Of a DNA stretch of 64,000 nucleotides, positions 62,136-64,000 are shown in pieces. The first letter of the stretch is position 1, and each line of letters opens with the position of its first letter. The notes under the pieces are model-generated. The model had not been told where the DNA came from and did not search any database. It saw nothing but the letters and a program-made list of their open reading frames with translations. Made by a program: the position numbers and the translations under genes. The stretch is from the NCBI GenBank assembly GCA_000708835.1, contig DF237028.1, positions 169,473 through 233,472 of the forward strand, read 5' to 3'. The stretch comes from Klebsormidium nitens (lineage: Eukaryota; Plantae; Klebsormidiophyceae).

Positions 62136-63806
62136 ATCGGATGTCAGCTTTGTTTAAAAGTCACCGGCCTCTTTCAAGTTGTGGTCGGGGAGCTGGGTGC
62201 ATTCAAACCGGCGGTGGCAGACCGTGACATGATGATGGCATGATTCGATAGCCAGCTTTAAATTTTTGGCGGGAAACTTTTTGAGCTGCACGCTCGGCCG
62301 CATAGTAATTAAGGGTGGGGATATTGGATCCCTATAGCCCGACAGAACCATGTTCCCCAAAGCTGAGGGGCGTGGGACATTGGCCTAGCGGCCAATGCCC
62401 TCCGCGGGCGATAAGTGAATGACTAGCGTTTCCCATGTAATAAACATGATGACACTATTAGGCCTGGGCTTGGCTTGGTTTATAGCAAGAACTAATATTG
62501 GCTAGAATGGTTTGTTGGAATATTAGTGTGTAAGAGAACTGCCTATAAGCAAGCATGTTACATATAAGGCTGTGGTAATCATGTACCCGTATCGGGTGGC
62601 ATAAGCGAGTGCCGACTACCTACATATCTGAGTGAAGGGACCAACCATTGTACTGGTATGTACCTAGCTGTAGATAGTCCTAGTTGCCAGGTGAGGTACG
62701 GTATCGGGATCTGCTCGTATCGAAGTTCCCTGAAGTTTTCCAGACTCCGTACTTCATTGTACTCATCGCCATGAAACGTACTCTCTTCGGAGTCGAACTG
62801 ATTATCATAAAGCTTAAAAAATTTATCGACCGTCCGATCGGCAGTAGACTCATCTGACGAATGCAAGGCAATTTGCTCGAACGCGAGCAACCCCAATCGA
62901 CCAGGCGCACAAAATTTTCGAAGGTCTTGTTGACTCGACGGTTCTCGCTAGCGCGCAAAGTGACGGCCGCTGACGTAACTTTACGGCAGTCGATATTGAC
63001 GCTCGACCGCTTTGAATCGTTAAAATTAACAACTTGCAATCGATCGTCCGAACTTGTAGGGGTCGACTGCGAGAACGAATGTCAGGGATTTAAATCTCAT
63101 ACGGACCGCAGAGACAATATCCTTAACAAAGAAGCCCTCAGCCAAGTACTAATATCGTCACATTACTATCAGGATATAAATCTATGCCAAACACATATAT
63201 TCCGTATAGGGTACCGTACATGCTTTACCGGTGGCCGGGGCAGCCGGGGGCAGTGTATCTGCGACTGCTTGCATGGTCCCGGGCATTCACGAGGACAAGG
63301 GGATTTGAGTACGGTATCTTTGCAAGTTGGCGAGTTGACGGTATACCTTTTGAGTTCGCCCACATATAGGTATGCTGGAATGCACACCTCTTTCGGGGTC
63401 CCCCGGGTCCTAGCTTGCTACGGCCGAAGCAGGGCATGCTTGGGAAAGATGCATGTGCACATGAAGCAAAGGAGAGGGGGGGGGGGGGCAGTAGCCCCCC
63501 TGTTTTTTGTTGCTATTTTGTTCTCCTTCATGCTAAATAGGCGCCCACACAATCGGGCTGACAGCTGGCAGCTGGACTGTGCTGCTGAGGTACAGCACGC
63601 ATGTGCTGCTTTGCCGGCTGCCCCCGGGTAAGGAGGGGTGGATGGACTCCCCGGGGGTCAAGTCTAGGCCCGAAGGCCCGAAGCAATGCCCGGGAGAAGC
63701 GGGAGCGGGGGGGTGCGGGGGGGCGGAGCCCCCCCGTCTCTTTCAGCTTCTGTCGGGGTTTTCTTTACTTCAGAAACTTTGAAGGGCAACCCCAAGCATT
63801 CCAACG

Positions 63807-63927
63807 GCTTTGATAGCTCAGTTGGTTAGAGCACCCGTTTAGTACGAGGTCGTGACGACGTCAGCGGGTCCCCTGGACACGTGGAGTAGCTAGCGGGAGG
63901 TCCTGAGTTCAACTCTCAGTCAAAGCA
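63807..63927 (+). tRNA. trnT-AGU: tRNA-Thr(AGT) with a 47-nt intron at position 37/38 (63845-63891)
   Basis: Acceptor stem GCTTTGA/TCAAAGC plus discriminator A; D-arm AGCTCAGTTGGTTAGAGC; anticodon arm CCCGT-TTAGTA|A-GCGGG; T-loop GTTCAA. Upstream CAA motif; spliced form matches the plant nuclear tRNA-Thr(AGT) pattern. Confidence 0.93.
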
Positions 63928-63952
63928 GCAGCCTTGATGTGCGCCGGAAACC

Positions 63953-63957
63953 TTTTT
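63953..63957 (+). terminator. RNA polymerase III terminator (T5)
   Basis: TTTTT begins 26 nt downstream of the tRNA 3' end. Confidence 0.7.
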
Positions 63958-64000
63958 AGCGCTCACGGGCGATCGAGCTCAGAGAATTTCTTGGCAAATG

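Noticed and set aside
62374-62426. Hairpin CATTGGCC-TAGC-GGCCAATG followed by CTAG, like a Helitron 3' end
   Set aside because: Spacing of ~23 nt is too long, CTAG is followed by C rather than T, and no 5' TC end was identified.
39760-63070. Short shared words (cgaacttgtagg, gacgctcgaccg) between ~39.8 kb and ~63.0 kb
   Set aside because: They occur in different order at the two sites and are too short to define a repeat family without alignment.
62861-63631. 256-aa plus-strand ORF
   Set aside because: Crosses compositionally distinct repeat relics, with no domain and no host-like codon pattern.

Overview
Eukaryotic nuclear DNA with many GT-AG introns. The gene set (TGA bZIP, SCAMP, GT90, plastid-targeted DUF3067 and ycf45-like proteins) points to a streptophyte green alga such as Klebsormidium; this is inference, not a database match. 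I reconstructed by hand about 11 spliced protein genes: 3' end of Xaa-Pro dipeptidase (+), DUF3067 (-), SCAMP (+), GT90/CAP10 glycosyltransferase (-), a conserved coiled-coil protein (+), an unknown ~612-aa protein (-), a long-zipper bZIP (+), a bacterial-type RNase III with dsRBD (-), a TGA factor (-), an HHL1-like plastid protein (+) and a ycf45-like ATPase (-). There is also an intron-containing tRNA-Thr(AGT). Mobile DNA includes a 2.1-kb TIR element with CTA TSD, a 522-bp hAT MITE with 8-bp TSD, two more MITEs and a CRE-type non-LTR fragment. The most striking unexplained pattern is that up to seven splice junctions in five genes are tandemly duplicated, leaving decaying 'shadow' copies of the exon boundary inside the intron (up to 8 copies at 50.9-52.1 kb). 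Also notable: a cluster of TA-x-TA motifs resembling Tc1/mariner excision footprints at ~38.5-40.7 kb, and a candidate antisense gene nested in an RNase III intron. All exon models and motif counts were made by eye; family names come from motif recognition, not searches.
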